64,000 nucleotides of DNA from Callorhinchus milii. Its lineage: Eukaryota. Position 1 is the stretch's first letter. Every line of letters starts with the position of its first letter. The DNA lies in NCBI RefSeq assembly GCF_018977255.1, contig NW_024704782.1, positions 496,001 to 560,000 on the forward strand, written 5' to 3'. This document shows positions 50,291 through 63,889 of the stretch, in pieces. The notes under the pieces were generated by a model that saw only the letters and a program-made list of their open reading frames with translations, was not told the origin of the DNA and made no database searches. Made by a program: the position numbers and the translations under genes.

Positions 50291-52944
50291 AATCAGGTTA
50301 TAGTTTTCATTTACTACGTTTGTACAGTTGATAATTTTGGTTCATAAACTTACTGTTATGAAATGTGAAACAATATGAAAGGTGAGATGTGACACCTCGG
50401 GAAATGGTAAAACGTTCTGCAATGTCAAATGATGAGACTCAATCTTGACTCTGCTAACTGCCGTAGACAGTCATCCACTTCCCTTACTCACTCTCTGCAC
50501 CTGCCTAAGGGGTCACCACCTCTTGGGGTTCAAGCGGAGTGGTGAGTGAGGTTGGCTGAGAGTTTGGGCTGAAAAATTAGTACAAGACTGTATTCAGCAA
50601 AAAAAAATCTGCTTTTTGTGGAAACTGGATGTTTCCTTCCTCTTTCCTTTCCTCATGTCTCTTTACTCACATTCCTCCTCTCTTTACCCATGTTCCTCCT
50701 CTCTTTCCTCATCCCTTTACCCCATATTCCTCCTCCCTTTACTCATGATCCTCCTCTCTTTCCTCATCTCTTTACCCCACACTCCTCATCCCTTTGCCCC
50801 ATGTTCAGCTTTCCTTTCCTTATGTTTTACTGGAGTGGAATCCTGTAGCTTATTGATAGAACTTGGGTTCAATTCCCAGTAGTGCAAATGGTTGGACAAG
50901 TTTCCTTAATCCACACACACCTGTTTACCTAACACTAAGTAGGAACCTGGTTGTTCGTCGATTGGCAGATCGCTTTTCTGGGGGTAATAATTCCTTCAAA
51001 ATAAAGAAAAATTATTTGGTCACTGAATCCACGATGATTTGTGGGACACTGCTGTGTACAATTGGCTGCTGCATTTTGCCCACAAAATGTACAGTCAATT
51101 CATTTTATAGTATATTCTGTGAAGCGCTTTGAGACGTCTAGAAGACATGATAAGGCGCAACATCAAATGCAAGAATTATTATTTTTACAACCATTATTTG
51201 GACAACAATAACATTACCGGAAATCAGTTAATGCCATTCACCATTTATTGTGAACATAACTTCCGGGAGTGACCTTCTACAATTCAAATCTGAAGAAAGC
51301 CAACAAGTTTGCCCTATGTTCTTCCTCCTTCCCACCCAAAAATGTAATTTGTTGTTGTTCTTACAATGTTTTTGGATACACTAAGAGGACACAAAACTGC
51401 AAAGGGCAATTTCAGAATAGACACAAGAGAGTGTTTTTTTAAATCCAGAAACGAATTAATGACAAGCACAGAATACCACGAAAGGTGGTTAAGTACAGGG
51501 TAATGGACTCACTTAATAAACAGCTCGGTGCTGTGATGGGAGGAAGTATGGGCGGCAATTAACGTGGCAAAAGACCTTCACCTGAATCTGTTTTCTGATC
51601 TTGCTTTCAAATATCTTGTCTTCAGGAGAATAAACAGTGAAAAAAATACCATGTGTTTACTGCAGGGAAAATGCACAGTTCTCATTCTTCTTTGTTTCCC
51701 TGTCACATGCTTTGCCCTCTGCCTCAGATTTTATAAATGGCGACATTTGGCACAGGTGTTGGAATGCCACGTTGATGTTGGCACTATACACTGGCACAGC
51801 AGAAACCACAGAACAAATTTACTGAGAGGATTGGCAGATAAATCCTAGATAAAATCAGAGAACAGTGTGTACTTTTTGCTCCTAGTCCAGGTCATCTAGG
51901 CTAGAAATTGGAACAAGCCTTTGATTGTGTTAAAGATAATTGGAGGATGACTCCAGGCAGGAAGAATCTGTGGTAAAGAAAAGGCAGAGAAGAGAAACAG
52001 CAGTGAATAGATTCACAAAAAGAGAGACGGTGCTGATAGCTGCCAAGTACAGTAGCAACCAGGAATACAGGAGAGTTTTTCACCCCGGGAGCAGAGACGG
52101 TTAAGAGGATTTAATTTAATAGAAGTTTTCAAAATTATGAGGGGATTCAATAGAATCATAGATTCGTACAGCATAAAAAGAGGCCATTCGGCCCATCGAG
52201 TCTGTGCCGGCTCTTTGAAAAGAGCAATGTAATGTAATGATAGGCTGAACAAGGAGAAACTATTTCCACTAGCGGTGGGTTGGTAACCAATTTCAAATAG
52301 TTGTTAAAAGAAACAGAGGGGAGGTGAGGAGAAATGTTTTCACATTTGAGTTGTTGGGATTTGGAATGCATTGCCTGAAAGGCTGGTGGAAACCGATCGA
52401 TAACATCTTTTAAGAGAGAAGCAGATAATTATTTGGGGAGGACAAGTTTGCAGGACTATGGGGAGAGAGCCGGGGAGTGGGGTTGATCAGGGCTATGGGG
52501 AGAGAGTGGGGGAGTGGGGTTGATTAGGGCTATGGGGAGAGAGCGGGGGGGAGTGGGGTTGAATTGGAAGCTCTTTTGAAAGAGCCGACACAGACACGAA
52601 GGGCCGAATGGCCTCCTTCTGTGCTGTATAATTCTATGATTCTATGATACACAGTCTATTCTGTCATACCGTCCCTAACAGCACCGAGTCCTGGGAAAGT
52701 TCAGATTTGTAAACTCCTGTGAATTGATTCTGGAATGTCCAGCGGAACTGTACAGTCTACAAAGACAGGTACCACAAGAATCCAGTGACCTGAGCAACTG
52801 AAGTATGGGCCATTTGTTATTCTGATTTCTTATTGTTCCATGCTGCTGCTCAAGCACATCGTTACTGATGTAATAATTATCTGTACAATCAAGATATATG
52901 GGGCCAAAGTGCCTGATAAGCATCCATAGAAGGTTCCTTTCTCC

Positions 52945-52952
52945 TATAAATA
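52945..52952 (+). promoter_or_regulatory. TATA box of the microexon gene
   Basis: CCTATAAATAG, starting 61 bp upstream of the ATG at 53006; GATA site TGATAA at about 52914. Confidence 0.75.
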
Positions 52953-53005
52953 GCAGCCACCTCACTACGGAAAGTCGCCTTCAGACTGACGAACTGACTG
53001 CAAGG

Positions 53006-56000
53006 ATGAAGTCCCAAAGCCACTACCTGTTGGCTGTGCTCGTAGCTGCGGTCTTGGCATCGTCCCTAGGTAATGATCATTCTTTCTCCAAGAGCGCTGA
53101 TACATTCTAAATCTCGATTGAACTCTTTTCCTTCAAGCGGCAAAGCTGTGGTCTCTCTGAGAGAGAGTTGCTCTGGAGAGATGGTGGGATGATATTGTGC
53201 TGCTGTCTGATATTGTGTACAGGTTTAGCCTGGGAAATAAGGCATAAAATGGACCTGACAGCCTACAGTACAGATCGGTTACCCATATGCTGAATATTTT
53301 ATGAAATAGACTGATTTTCAACAGATTCAAGAACCCATGTATAACTATAATCCTTGCATTTGGATGTAATGCCTTCTCACACGGCGCGATGTCTCAATAC
53401 TGTAAAGTGCAAAGTGGTGTGACTGTATTTTGTGTATGAACATGAGATCAGACTCCGCCTGTCAAGTGTTCTGGAACTCTTAATCCAAGTGAAGAGTGCT
53501 ATTTAAATATAATTTATTGGTTGTGGACGTGACATGTCAAGCGACTGCCAGGATGGTGGAAGGCAAACTAGATGTACCTTGGTTTTCTTTCGTCCTAGCA
53601 AATTTTTATGTTCTTATGCTGTTGTTGCCAAATCTCTCAGTCTTGTGAAATGTAAGCTGAAATTTAGTGCAGTTTCTATTCAGTGCTAATTTCTGACACC
53701 AGTTAATAACAATAATATTATAAAATATAAAGTTGAAATATTGTAACTCACAGGCAGGCAAAGAGCCACTGAGAACAATCGTAATAACTTGGTCACTTCA
53801 ATGCTCGACTGTTTGTGGGACGTTGCTGTGTGCAATTGGCTGCCATATTTCGGCCAAAAAATATACAGTCAATTCACTTTACAGTATAATCTGTGAAACG
53901 TTTTGAGACGTCTCGAAGACGTGATAAGGCGCTATATCAAATGCAAGTATTATATTATATCACATGCTTCATAATCTCGGTGCTTCAATATCAGTATCCA
54001 AAAGCCCCTCTGAAACTCACTCTCCGTTACAATTTACCCTCATTTTCATGTACACCGGTCTCAAACCTCTCAGATTTATAAGTCTCTACAGTCGTTACAA
54101 CAGTCCTGAGCATGTCATTCAGCTGGACCTCTGGCTTTTTTGTTCTTGGCATCATGCTCCGCCAGTCAAGCGCTCTGAGATGCTACCCTGCATGACAGGT
54201 GCTATCCAAATGCAAGTCGTTGTAGTTGGTGTAGTTGTTCCCTGGTCCTCCCCCCTTGAGTCCCAGCATCACAACTCTATACACTATCTCCAATTCCCAT
54301 CATTCTCATGGAATTTGTGATATTAAATTCCTCAAAGTTAGGAAAAAATGGCCTCTGACTGTTTGTACTCAATGTTTTATAAAAGATATTGTCAGGAAAT
54401 TATAGAGGTAAAATGTATAAAATGCATATGATTGCACATTACAGTTAACATAAATATCTTTAAATCTCAGGGAAGCATTACGAAGCTTCCGGATACCTCC
54501 CTGCAGGTAATACTCAAAAGTCAAACTGTTTCCTTTGCCTCAACGAATTAGTCAATGTTGCACAGCAATAATCATAACAATAAATTATAGAATAAAAAGT
54601 GTTGTTTACCCCATTGTGTCTGTGAGAGCGTTCATTCCCCCATTGGAGTTTGCTATTAATAAACCTCCTTTGCTCTTTCCCATTGTGTCTGCACTGCTGC
54701 TTCCTCACCAGTAGAGCTCTGTGCTCAACAACATGTTGCATTTGTGTTGTGTGAGGAATAGCACGAGGAGGAAATAAGGAGGGGAAGCTGAGTGACCAGG
54801 AGAAGGGTGGGGATTGGGCGAAGGGAAGGAGGACCCTGGGGTTGCCCTTGGTCTCCACGATGATCCTGGAGTAGCAGGACCATTTGGCTGAGGTTAGGCT
54901 GAGCGATAGGGTTTAGTATAATCCAGCCATGATCAGCCTGTTACCATGAGGCCAGATTTAAGCCACATGCATTTGGAGGCATGGGCCTGGGATGTGATGG
55001 AGCTGAGGTGGCTGTGGTACCAGGAGGATTGAGGGGGAGCAGACTGTGTGGGGTGTGATGGTGAGAGGGTGTTCAGAATGGTGGTGAGGGAGCTGTGCAT
55101 GCGATGCAAAGTTATGACTATTGATGTCAGCAGTGTTAATGTTGTAAGCAGTGATGTTGATTTAGTCAATCTTTATAATCTTTATAATCTCTTCTCTTGA
55201 CAGTTCCTGACCATGGTAAGAAACAGAATTGGCAATATTTGTTTCTTTAAATGTATGTTTTTATTCTTCATCGAGTCAATTGCAGCTCTATGACAAGATT
55301 TAAGGTATATGAATTTACAATATTGAAGAAAAGTAAACCTTTCCATGTTGCGTTATTTTGCTTTAGTTTGCGTTAATTGATTTAGTTGCTACTTTTAAAG
55401 TGTATGTAAATATCTAACTTGGTAATATTGGTAATATTTATATTGAATTCAGAATTTAAAGCTTATTGTTTAATTGGAAAAGGAGACAGTGTGTTTCCTG
55501 ATGGATTTCCATTCTCACGTTGTGGAATTGTTCAGATTCAGTACACAGAGAACCATAGAATCTTACAGCACAGAAGGAGGCCATTCGGCCCATCGTGCCT
55601 GTGCCGGCTCTTTGAAAGAGCTATCAATTAATCCCACTGCCCCGCTCTTAACCCTTAGCCCTGGCAATATTACCTTTTAAAGTACCTTATCTAATTCCCT
55701 CTTGAAAGCAATGTCGAATCTGCTTCCAGCACCGTTTCAGACAGTGCATTCCAGACTGTAACGACTCCCTGGGTAAAAAAAATTCTGCTGGTCTTCCCTC
55801 TGGTTCTTTTGCCAGTTATTTTCAATCAGTCAATCTGATTCAGAGTCAACATGTCTTTACAAAGGAGAAGTCATGCTTAACAAATCTTTTAGAGATTTTT
55901 GAAGCTGTATCTCGCAGGTTAGATAGAGGGGAACCAATAGATGCAGTAAATTTAAATTTTAAGAAGGCATTTGACAAAGTGCTGCACAAAAGGCTATTTA

Positions 56001-59000
56001 TTGCACAAGGTTAAGACCCACGGGATTAATGGGAACATATTCGCATGGATTGAAGAGTGGCTAACGGGAAGAAAACAGAGTGTAGGGATAAACGGGTCAT
56101 TCTCGAATTGGCAGGATGTGACTAGAGGAGTGGAGTCCTGTAGCTCAGTGCTTAGAGCACTCGCTTTGCAAGTGAGAGACCTGAGTTCAATTCCAGGCAG
56201 AGGGCCAAACCTTCTTTACTCTACACACCTAATAATAATCCCTCCAAAACCCAATACAATAATAAATTGGTCATTTTCAATCTACGACTGTTTGTGGGAC
56301 ATTGCTGTGCGCAATTGGCTGCCGCGATCGCCCTCAAATGTACAGTCAATTCACTTTACAGTGTGTTCTGTGAAGCGCTTTGGGACGTCCTCCCGACGTG
56401 AAAAGCGCTATATCAAATGCAAGGATTATTATTATTATAGAGGAGTTCCACAAGGATCAGTGTTTGGGCCTCAGCTATTTACAATTTACCTCAATGACCT
56501 GGACAAGGACATTGAATGTAACGTATCTAAATTCACGGATGACACTAAAATCGGTGGGAGAGTGAGCTCTGAGGATGATGCAAAAAGATTGTAATGGGAT
56601 ATAGATAGTCGAGGGGAGTGGGCGAGTCGGTGGCAGATGGAATTTAATGTGGGGAAGTGTGAAGTTATTCACCTCGGTGGCAAAAATAGAAAAACAAATT
56701 ATTTTCTAGAGGTGGAGAGATTAGATAGTGTTAGTGTTCAGAGGGATTGGGGTGTCCTTGTACACCAGTCCCAAAAAGTTAGTTTGCAGGTGCAGCAGCA
56801 ACTAAGAAGGCGAACGGCAGTTAGCGTTCATTGCAAAAGGTTTAGAGTACAAGAGAGGGAAGTCTCACTGCAACTGTATAGGGCTTTGGTGAGACCGCAC
56901 CGAGAGTATTGTGTGCAGTTTTGCTCCTTATTTAAAAAAGGACAAACTTGCCCTCGAGGGGGTGCAGCGTAGATTCACTCGGTTAGTTCCTGGGATGAGG
57001 GGACTGACCTATGAGAAGAGGCTGAATAAACGAGGACTGTATTCTCCAGAGTACAGAAGAATTAGGGGAGATCTTATTGAGACATATAAGATCCTTAAAG
57101 GGCTGATAAAGTAGTCACTGAGGGTCTGTTTCCCCCAATAGGAGAATCTATAACCGGGGACACAGCCTGAAAATTGAGGGTCAGCCTTTGAGAACAGAGT
57201 TGAGGAAACATTTCTTCACTTAGCGGGCAATGAGTTTATGGAATTCACTCCCCCAGAAGGCTGTAGATGTCAGTCCTTGAACATCTTCAAGGCTGAAACT
57301 GATAGATTTTTAAAAAATAGAGGGATTGGGGGATATGGGGATAGAGCGGGTAATTAGAGTTAGGTCAGAAGATCAGCCACGATCTTATCGAATGGCGGGG
57401 CAGCTCGAGGGGCCGAATGGCCGACTCCTGCTCCTAATTCTTATGTATGTTCTACTTTCAACCTCTGTCTTCTGGTTACTGCAAACAGTTCCTCCCTATC
57501 TACTGCCCTCAACCTTTTTTGCTCTAAAGAGAATAATCCTCAGAACTATTTAGATAATGTCCTCTCCCGCATCAATTTCTGTGACACTATCAGTCTCACT
57601 CTCGCCCGGCTCCACTAGCTCCTCACCCCCAAGAGGAAGGAGTTGAAAATCTTCATCCTTGCCTTCAAAACCCTCCATGGCCTTGCTCCCCTTTACCTCT
57701 GTGATCCAATAAGTCCAAACAGACTTGTCCGCACCCTCTGCTCTGTGCCCTCCGGCCTACTCTATATCCCCCAGTTCTGCCCATCCCATCATCGGCGGTC
57801 AGGCCTTCAGCTGTTCTGTCCCATCCTTTGGAACTCAATCCCACAGTTGCATTGCCTCAACCCCTGCCTTACCGCCTTCAAGGCCTGTCTGATGACCCTT
57901 CTTTTTGACCGCTCCTTCACCCTCCGACTTCTACAACCCTGTCTTCCACTCCTCCTGATCCCAACCACAGCTCGGATTGAAAGCGTTGACTGTCCAGCGC
58001 CTCAGGGCGTTTTCCGACGTGAAAGACGCTGTACAAATGTAATTTGTTGTAATTCACTCACTGAGCTTCTGACTCATGATAAAACATTCATATTAGATCA
58101 GAACACAGAAAAACAAGAGGAACTTTTACTGAGATCTGTAGTCTACCCTAGTCCAGGATCACTGCTGGTCTAACTGATTACCTGTCAAAAATTAAGTCCT
58201 GGATCAGCTCTAACTTTCTCCAGTTGATAGTCGACAATGCAGAGGCTCTCCTGCTTGGCTCCCAATCAATACCTTCTCACCCCACGCACAGACATCATCT
58301 GTTACATTGTCTACTTCTGCTACTTCCTCTCCCCTCAGACCGCCGATACCCTTATCAGCTTTTACCACATACAGGCTTGATTACACCCACACTCTGCTCG
58401 CTGGACTTCCCAACTCTTCCCTCCACAAGCGACAGCCTGTTCAGAACTCTGCAGGCCATGTCCTCTCCCGACCAAACCATTCCTCCCTGACTCCACCGGC
58501 TCTCCATCCCCCGGTGGATCGAGTTCTCACCTTTAAAGCCCTCCACAATCTTGTCCCACCATTTCTCTGTGACCTCTATCTGTCAAACCCTACCAACCCA
58601 TCTGCTCCCACCGCTTGGCGGGCACTGTCCTGTTCGCCACACCTCGGCGGTTGAGCTTTTAGCCTTTCTACCCCCAACTTCTAGAATTCCATCCCAGAGA
58701 CCCTTCGCCACGCCCCCTCCTTTGCCTCCTTGAAGGCATTCCTCTTTTACAGTGTCTTCTATTATTTTCCCACCCGCAACCCTTCGCCTCCACTCCTCCC
58801 AAATCTAACCACCAGCCCAGGTGCAAACCCTTGACTGTCCAATTCTTTGGCACATACATTGAAACATGTAAAACCGCTACAGAAATCGAATTTGTTGTTG
58901 TTGAACTGTGACATTGAATTCCTCAAATTTAGGAAAACATGGCCTCTGACTGTTTGTACTCAATGTTTTATAAAAGATATTGTCGGGAAATTATAGAGGT

Positions 59001-62000
59001 AAAATGTATAAAATGCATATGATTGCACATAGTTACAGTTAACATAAATATCTTTCATTCTTAGGGAAGAAATATGAATCTTCCAGATACCTCCCTGATG
59101 GTAATGCTCAAAAGTCAAACTGTTTCCTTCGCCTCAACTAATTAAAGACAAAATATTGTCATCGACAGGCTGTCTAGTCAATGTTGCACAGCAATAATCA
59201 TCAACATTAAATTATAGAATAAAAAGTGTTGTTTAGCCCATTGTGTCTGTGAGAGCGTTCACTCCCCCATTGGAGTTTGCTATTAATAAACCTCCTTTGC
59301 TCTTTCCCATTGTGTCTGCACTGCTGCTTCCTCACCAGTAGAGCTCTGTGCTCAACAACATGTTGCATTTGTGTTGTGTGAGGAATAGCACGAGGAGGAA
59401 ATAAGGAGGGGAAGCTGAGTGACCAGGAGAAGGGTGGGGATTGGGTGAAGGGAAGGAGGACCCTGGGGTTGCCCTTGGTCTCCATAATGATCCTGGAGTA
59501 GCAGAACAATTTGGCTGAGGTTAGGCTGAGCGATAGGGTTTAGTATAATCCAGCCATGATCAGCCTGTTACCATGAGGCCAGATTTAAGCCACATGCATT
59601 TGGAGGCATGGGCCTGGGATGTGATGGAGCTGAGGTGGCTGTGGTACCAGGAGGATTGCAGGGGGAGCAGACTGTGTGGGGTGTGATGGTGAGAGGGTGT
59701 TGAGAATGGTGGTGAGGGAGCTGTGTATGCGATGGAAAGTTATTACTATAGATGGGAAATAAGCGGTGATGTTGATTTAGTCAATCTTTATAATCTTTAT
59801 AATCTCTTCTCTTGACAGATTATGACATTGGTAAGAATCAGAATTGGCAATTTTTTTTGCCTTAAATGTCTGTTTTTCTTCTTAATCGAGTCAATTGCAG
59901 TCCTATGACATGATCTTAAGGTATATGAATTTACAATATTGAAGAAAAGTTATCAAGCCGGTGGGTACGTCTGTTTCTGTTATTCCTTGCCAAAAGCACT
60001 AAAACAGAATTGTCATAAACCTTTCCATGTTTTGCTATTTTGTTTAATTGATTTAGTTGCTACTTTTAAAGTGTATGTAAATATCTTAATTGATAATATT
60101 TATATTGAATTCAGAATTTAAAGCTTATTGTTTAATTGGAAAAGGAGACAGTGTGTTTCCTGATGGATTTCCATTCTCACGTTGTGGAATTGTCCAGATT
60201 CAGTACACAGAGAACCATAGAATCTTATAGCACAGAAGGAGGCCATTCGGCCCATCGTGCCTGTGCCGGCTCTTTGAAAGAGCTATCAATTAATCCCACT
60301 GCCCCGCTCTTAACCCTTAGCCCTGGCAATATTACCTTTTAAAGTACCTTATCTAATTCCCTCTTGAAAGCAATGTCGAATCTGCTTCCAGCACCGTTTC
60401 AGACAGTGCATTCCAGACTGTAACGACTCCCTGGGTAAAAACAATTCTGCTCGTCTTCCCTCTGGTTCTTTTGCCAGTTATTTTCAATCAGTCAATCACT
60501 GGTTAATGCAAGAGGAAACATTTCCTCCCTATTCACTCGATCAAAACGCCTCATAATTCTGAACATCTCTTTTAAATCTGCACTCAACCTTTTCTCCTCT
60601 TNNNNNNNNNNNNNNNNNNNNNNNNNNNNNNCATCAACCATTCTGCTATTACTTTCACTACACTGAGTTTCGATAGGTAACGTGATCACTACAGAATTTT
60701 GAAAACCAGGGAAAAGGGCTCAGTGAGGACTTACTCGGAGCAGTGCGCTGCCTTTTGAAATCTGATAGGCATTTCAAAATAAATATTTCAGTTATTTAGC
60801 TTGATCAATTTACCACAATCGACCAGTAATACCAAAGCTGAGTACACAATAAACATCCAGCTCACAGCAGCAATTCACATGAAATGTTTGAATTATCACA
60901 CTCCACAGCATCTACTTTCTGGCAACTAAATAGAAATATTGTTTTGAAATGATGTGAATTGACTGCAATTAACAGTTACTATAATCTGTTCTCTTCACAG
61001 GTGGTCTCGGTCTAGGAGGTAAGAATCAAAAGTCACAATATCTCTTTTGGAAAACACAGTAAACTCCTGAAAAGGTGCTCTTTTGATAAATAAGTAAACT
61101 CCTGACAAGTAAACTTGGGCATCGAGGGAAAAGGGCTCAGTGAGGATTATTCGGAGCAGTGAGCTACCTTTTGAAATCTCATATTCATTCCAAAATAAAT
61201 AGTTCAGTTATTTAGCTTGATCAATTTACCACAATCGAGGAGAAATACCAAATGTCAGTTTACAATAAACGTCCAGCTCACAGCAGCAATTCTCATGATT
61301 GTTTGCATTTTCAAACAATTCAGTTATCACACTCCACAGAATCTACTTTCTGACACTAAATCGAAATATTCTTGTGAAATGTAATTAATGTTGATTGACT
61401 GCACTCAACAGTTACAATAATCTGTTCTCTTCACAGCTGGTTATGGTTACGGTCTTGGAGGTAAGAATCAGAATTCACATTATCTCCTCCTTAAACCTAC
61501 ATCTGGGTCTCTACAGAGTTCTGCGACAGATCAGAGACCATTCTATGCCCCCAAAACACTCCTCGTAAATAGTATTTCCCTATCCTCTTTTGGTAAATAC
61601 AGTAAATTCCTGATGAGGTGCTCTTTTGATAAATAAGTAAACTCATGACAAGTAAACCAGGGAAAAGGGCTCAGTGAGGACTTACTCGGAGCAGTGCGCT
61701 GCCTTTTGAAATCTGATCGGCATTTCAAAATGAACATTTCAGTTATTTAGCTTGGTCCATTTACCACAATCCACCAATAATACCAAATGTGAGATGACCA
61801 TTAATGTCCAGCTCACAGCAGCAATTCTCATGATTGTTTGCATTTTCAAACAGTTCAGTTATCACACTCCACAGAATCTACTTTCTGACACTAAATCGAA
61901 ATACTGTTGTGAAATGTGAAGTGATGTTGATTGACGGCACTTAACAGTTACTAAAATCTGTTCTCTTCACAGCTGGTGTCGGTCTAGGAGGTAAGAATCA

Positions 62001-63889
62001 AAAGTCACAATATCTCTTATTCCACAATATTCCTGAGATGATATCCCCGATGTCAGTCGCACGCTCCTCACATCTCTGGTCAGACCGCTATCACCGGAGA
62101 TAATCCTCTATCACTGCGGATAATCCTCTGTCACGAGTGATAATCTACTTTCTGGCACAAAATATCAATATTGTTATGAAATGTGAGGTGATGTTCATTC
62201 AGTCACAACTGTGAAGAGAACAGATACGATAATGTGTTCTCCTCACAGTTGTTCATGGTTACGGTCTTGGACGCAGGAATCAGAATGCACAATACCTTCC
62301 ACCTTTTAAACCGATATCTGTCATTCCACAGAGTGCTGTGACAGATCACAAACTGTTCTATGCCCCCAAACACCGTGTGCAAATAGCATTTCCATATCCT
62401 CTTTTGGAAATCACAGTAAACTCCTGAGAAGGTGCTCTTTTGATAAATAAGAAAACTCCTGACAAGTCAACTTGTGACATCGAGGGAAAAGGGCTCAGTG
62501 TCGTGAAATGTGAAGTGATGTTGATTGACGGCACTTAACAGTTACCAAAATCTCTTCTCTTCACAGCTGGTGTCGGAGTCGGAAGTAAGATTCAAAAGTC
62601 ACTATATCTCTTATTCCACTATATTCCTGAGATGATATCCCCAGATGTCATTCGCACGGTCCGCACATCTCTCGTCAGACCGCTATCACCCGGAATAATC
62701 CTCTGTCACTAGTGATAATCTACTTTCTGGCACAAAATATCAATATTGTTATGAAATGTGAGGTGATGTTCATTCAGTCACAACTGGGAAGAGAACAGAT
62801 ACCATAATCCGTTCTACTCACAGTTGGTTATGGTTACGGTCTTGGACGTAGGAATCAGAATTCACAATGTCTCCTGCCTTAAACCTATATCTGACATTCT
62901 ACAGAGTTCTGCAACACATCACAGACCATTCTATGCCTCCAAAACAGTCTGTAACTAGCGTTTCCCTATCCTCTTTATGTAAACAAGTAAACTCCTGACA
63001 AGTAAACTTGTGGCATTGAGGAAAAAATGGCTCAGCGAGGACTAAGTCAGAGTAGTGAGCTTCTTCCTTTTGAAATCTGATAGGCATTTCAAAATAAATA
63101 TTTCAGTTATTTAGCTTGATCAATTTACCACAATCGAGGAGAAATACCAAATGTCAGTTTACAATAAACGTCCAGCTCACAGCAGCAATTCTCATGATTG
63201 TTTGCATTTTCAAACAATTCAGTTATCACACTCCACAGAATCTACTTTCTGACACTAAATCGAAATATTCTTGTGAAATGTAATTAATGTTGATTGACTG
63301 CACTCAACAGTTACAATAATCTGTTCTCTTCACAGCTGGTTATGGTTACGGTCTTGGAGGTAAGAATCAGAATTCACATTATCTCCTCCTTAAACCTACA
63401 TCTGGGTCTCTACAGAGTTCTGCGACAGATCAGAGACCATTCTATGCCCCCAAAACACTCCTCGTAAATAGTATTTCCCTATCCTCTTTTGGTAAATACA
63501 GTAAATTCCTGATGAGGTGCTCTTTTGATAAATAAGTAAACTCATGACAAGTAAACCAGGGAAAAGGGCTCAGTGAGGACTTACTCGGAGCAGTGCGCTG
63601 CCTTTTGAAATCTGATCGGCATTTCAAAATAAACATTTCAGTTATTTAGCTTGGTCCATTTACCACAATCCACCAATAATACCAAATGTGAGATGACCAT
63701 TAATGTCCAGCTCACAGCAGCAATTCTCATGATTGTTTGCATTTTCAAACAGTTCAGTTATCACACTCCACAGAATCTACTTTCTGACACTAAATCGAAA
63801 TAATGTTGTGAAATGTGAAGTGATGTTGATTGACGGCACTTAACAGTTACTAAAATCTGTTCTCTTCACAGCTGGTGTCGGTCTAGGAG
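53006..63889 (+). CDS. Unassigned secreted Gly/Tyr-rich structural protein encoded by phase-1 microexons; 3' end outside the window
   Basis: Signal exon 53006-53069 (MKSQSHYLLAVLVAAVLASSL, phase 1). Microexons: 54471-54506, 55204-55215, 59065-59100, 59819-59830, 61001-61018, 61437-61460, 61973-61990, 62249-62272 (GC donor), 62567-62584, 62824-62847, 63336-63359, 63872-63889. All are multiples of 3, stop-free and flanked by YAG and mostly GTAA. Confidence 0.82.
54315..55835 (+). repeat. About 1.5-kb segmental duplication, copy 1 (carries the 36-nt and 12-nt exons)
   Basis: Near-identical to about 58907-60497; paired ORFs 54514/59207 and 55474/60136. Confidence 0.9.
55836..57455 (+). mobile_element. 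CR1-clade LINE RT fragment, interrupted by a SINE
   Basis: WIEEWLTGRKQSVGING, GVPQGSVFGPQLF, SKFTDDTKIGG, MEFNVGKCEVIH, LEGVQRRFTRLVPG, RGDLIETYKIL; 3' GGCCGAATGGCCGACTCCTGCTCCT. Confidence 0.9.
56132..56437 (+). mobile_element. tRNA-derived SINE with 9-bp target-site duplication
   Basis: TAGAGGAGT at 56123-56131 and 56438-56446; removing the insert restores RT sequence VTRGVPQGS. Confidence 0.9.
58907..60497 (+). repeat. About 1.5-kb segmental duplication, copy 2
   Basis: Near-identical to 54315-55835. Confidence 0.9.

Noticed and set aside
61543-63636. Identical 64-aa minus-strand ORFs at 61543 and 63442
   Set aside because: Intronic by-products of the 1,899-bp duplication; the coding signal is on the + strand.
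53006-63889. Naming the microexon gene ELN, lamprin or an SCPP
   Set aside because: No KA/KP crosslink exons or elastin-type N-terminus in view, similarity is compositional only, and phase-1 introns exclude SCPP; no symbol assigned.
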